Made by a program: the position numbers and the translations under genes. Below the pieces are notes generated by a model, which was given only the letters and a program-made list of their open reading frames with translations, searched no databases and was not told where the DNA came from. From Bacillota bacterium (GTDB taxonomy: Bacteria; Bacillota; Dethiobacteria; DTU022; PWGO01): DNA of 64,000 nt. The stretch covers positions 61,025 through 125,024 of the forward strand of contig JAAYSV010000049.1 of assembly GCA_012518215.1 (NCBI GenBank). Reading direction: 5' to 3'. Below, in pieces: positions 62,778 through 64,000 of the stretch. The number at the start of each line of letters is the position of its first letter. Positions within the stretch are counted from its first letter, which is position 1.

Positions 62778-62885
62778 TTTTTTACCTCCTTAATTTTAAA
62801 CGGCTACTTCGATTATACACCTTTGCTCCCATCCTTGTAACACCGGTCGCCGCCTTGTTACGAACCTGCAGCCAGATTTTCCCCT

Positions 62886-63695
62886 TTATTTCAGGAATGC
62901 GATGAACCTTTGGGCAATCATCAGAAAATAATGAGCGAAAGGTGCAGCAAAGATAATGCCGTCAAAACGATCCAGAACACCCCCGTGCCCTGGAATTATA
63001 CCCCCCGATTCCTTGACCTTCAACTTTCTTTTCATGGCCGATTCGACCAGATCCCCTACCTGGGCCATGGCCACTATTGACACGGTGAAGATGATGGACC
63101 ACCCCAGGGTGAGAGGATAATGTTGACCGATGAGTGGATGCAAAATCGCTACCAGTGCCAGTGGGACGACCAACCCGCCGATCGCCCCCTCGATGGTTTT
63201 GTTGGGGCTGACAAGCGGTGAAAGCTTGTTCCTTCCCCACTTCCTTCCCACGAAATAGGCGGCCGTATCATTTGCCCAGATGACAGCAAAAAACATGACC
63301 GTGAAATGCAAAGCAAACATACTTCGCATCGATACCAGAAAAGCCAACAGCCCGCCAACGTACATGATCCCCCAGAACAGGGAGGCCATTTCCGCCACGT
63401 CAGTATCCTTGAAATCAAGGAGCAGGTTCAAGGCCGTAATAACAAAAATGGCGCAAATAACAGCCAGAGTTATGAACACATACCCGAAATGCACGGACAC
63501 GACGATGGCAACGACTGAAATATAGCTGTATATTTGAGGAATCAAAGACTTCAGATCCAGCATTTTCATGTACTCATGAATGCCAACCACGGCAGCTATA
63601 CAGATCAAAGCGGTATACCAGTAACCGCCCAACCAGATCAAATAAAACACTATTGGAAGCGCAACGATAGCCGATAGAATTCTTTTGCTCAGCAT
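62886..63695 (-). CDS. cdsA: Phosphatidate cytidylyltransferase
   Basis: 269-aa polytopic ORF with the C-terminal signature SAMKRKLKVKESGGIIPGHGGVLDRFD. Confidence 0.9.
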   Translation of the reverse strand: MLSKRILSAIVALPIVFYLIWLGGYWYTALICIAAVVGIHEYMKMLDLKSLIPQIYSYISVVAIVVSVHFGYVFITLAVICAIFVITALNLLLDFKDTDVAEMASLFWGIMYVGGLLAFLVSMRSMFALHFTVMFFAVIWANDTAAYFVGRKWGRNKLSPLVSPNKTIEGAIGGLVVPLALVAILHPLIGQHYPLTLGWSIIFTVSIVAMAQVGDLVESAMKRKLKVKESGGIIPGHGGVLDRFDGIIFAAPFAHYFLMIAQRFIAFLK

Positions 63696-63698
63696 CTT

Positions 63699-64000
63699 TC
63701 AACACTCCAGTCCCCCGAATCGGCGGTGCCTTTTTTGAAAATCATGAATAGCCTCCAGAAGATGAATCCGTCTGAAATCAGGCCAGTAGACAGGGAGAAA
63801 AAACAATTCCGCATAGGCTGCCTGCCAGAGGAGAAAATTGCTCAGGCGCATTTCTCCGCCGGTACGAATGATCAGATCCGGATCGGGCAGATCGAAGGTA
63901 AACAGATTTGCACTTATCAAACTTTCATCTATTTCTTCCTCCCTGATCTGGCCCTTCAGAACTTTGGCAGCAACCGTTCTGGCCGCCCGGACAATTTCCG
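63699..64000 (-). CDS. uppS: Isoprenyl transferase (undecaprenyl diphosphate synthase). Only the C-terminal part is present because the gene runs off the right edge.
   Basis: The frame stays open to the window end: ...[46 protein letters not shown]...RRFGG. Confidence 0.85.
   Translation of the reverse strand, partial: EIVRAARTVAAKVLKGQIREEEIDESLISANLFTFDLPDPDLIIRTGGEMRLSNFLLWQAAYAELFFLPVYWPDFRRIHLLEAIHDFQKRHRRFGGLEC

Noticed and set aside
1-64000. CRISPR arrays, tRNA/rRNA genes, IS elements, integrases, prophage or defence islands
   Set aside because: I saw no regularly spaced direct repeats, no tRNA T-arm/acceptor signatures and no transposase, recombinase or phage-like ORFs among the translated frames. 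Gene content and synteny are those of a conserved chromosomal core.

Overview
This window looks like chromosomal core DNA from a spore-forming Firmicute (Clostridia-like, roughly 50% GC, strong GGAGG-type Shine-Dalgarno sites). I call about 65 protein genes, nearly all on the minus strand. I found no rRNA, tRNA, CRISPR array, transposase, integrase or phage gene. Gene content from left to right: (1) a corrinoid-dependent methyl-transfer operon (DUF1638, corrinoid protein, URO-D-family methyltransferase, RACo-type activase, pterin-binding methyltransferase); (2) an HD-GYP phosphodiesterase; (3) a sporulation-associated block (DUF1614, spoIIP, YIEGIA protein, its small partner, two DUF3189-like paralogues); (4) housekeeping genes in Bacillus-like order (ispH-S1 fusion, plsC, cmk, aroH, rluB, spmB/spmA/dacB, scpB/scpA, trpS); (5) a DHH-CBS-CCA-adding enzyme, a metal ABC importer, a MATE pump and a secreted penicillin/AHL-acylase-family Ntn hydrolase; (6) uninterrupted sigK convergent with a class B PBP; (7) the U32 peptidase-DUF1292-ruvX-AKR-ireB-alaS cluster, then mnmA, yigZ and rarA; (8) a SCIFF ranthipeptide precursor with its radical-SAM maturase, a cytoplasmic hybrid histidine kinase and an agr-type quorum-sensing locus (agrB, a 49-codon agrD missing from the ORF track, AgrC-like kinase, LytTR regulator); (9) the ispG-rseP-dxr-cdsA-uppS isoprenoid/envelope cluster. 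The most interesting items are the following. The agr locus has an unusual AgrD, with no Cys and a Ser nucleophile offset by one residue, plus a textbook pair of LytTR direct repeats, and it sits directly beside the SCIFF system. A Cys-rich 90-codon ORF with one in-frame TGA and its own terminator lies in a gap that otherwise looks non-coding. dxr must initiate at a non-canonical codon (CTG with a perfect SD). The YIEGIA/DUF3189 module has no known function. I did not find a clearly new multi-gene system (defence, secretion, mobile). Function calls come from motif recognition and memory of protein families, not from database searches.
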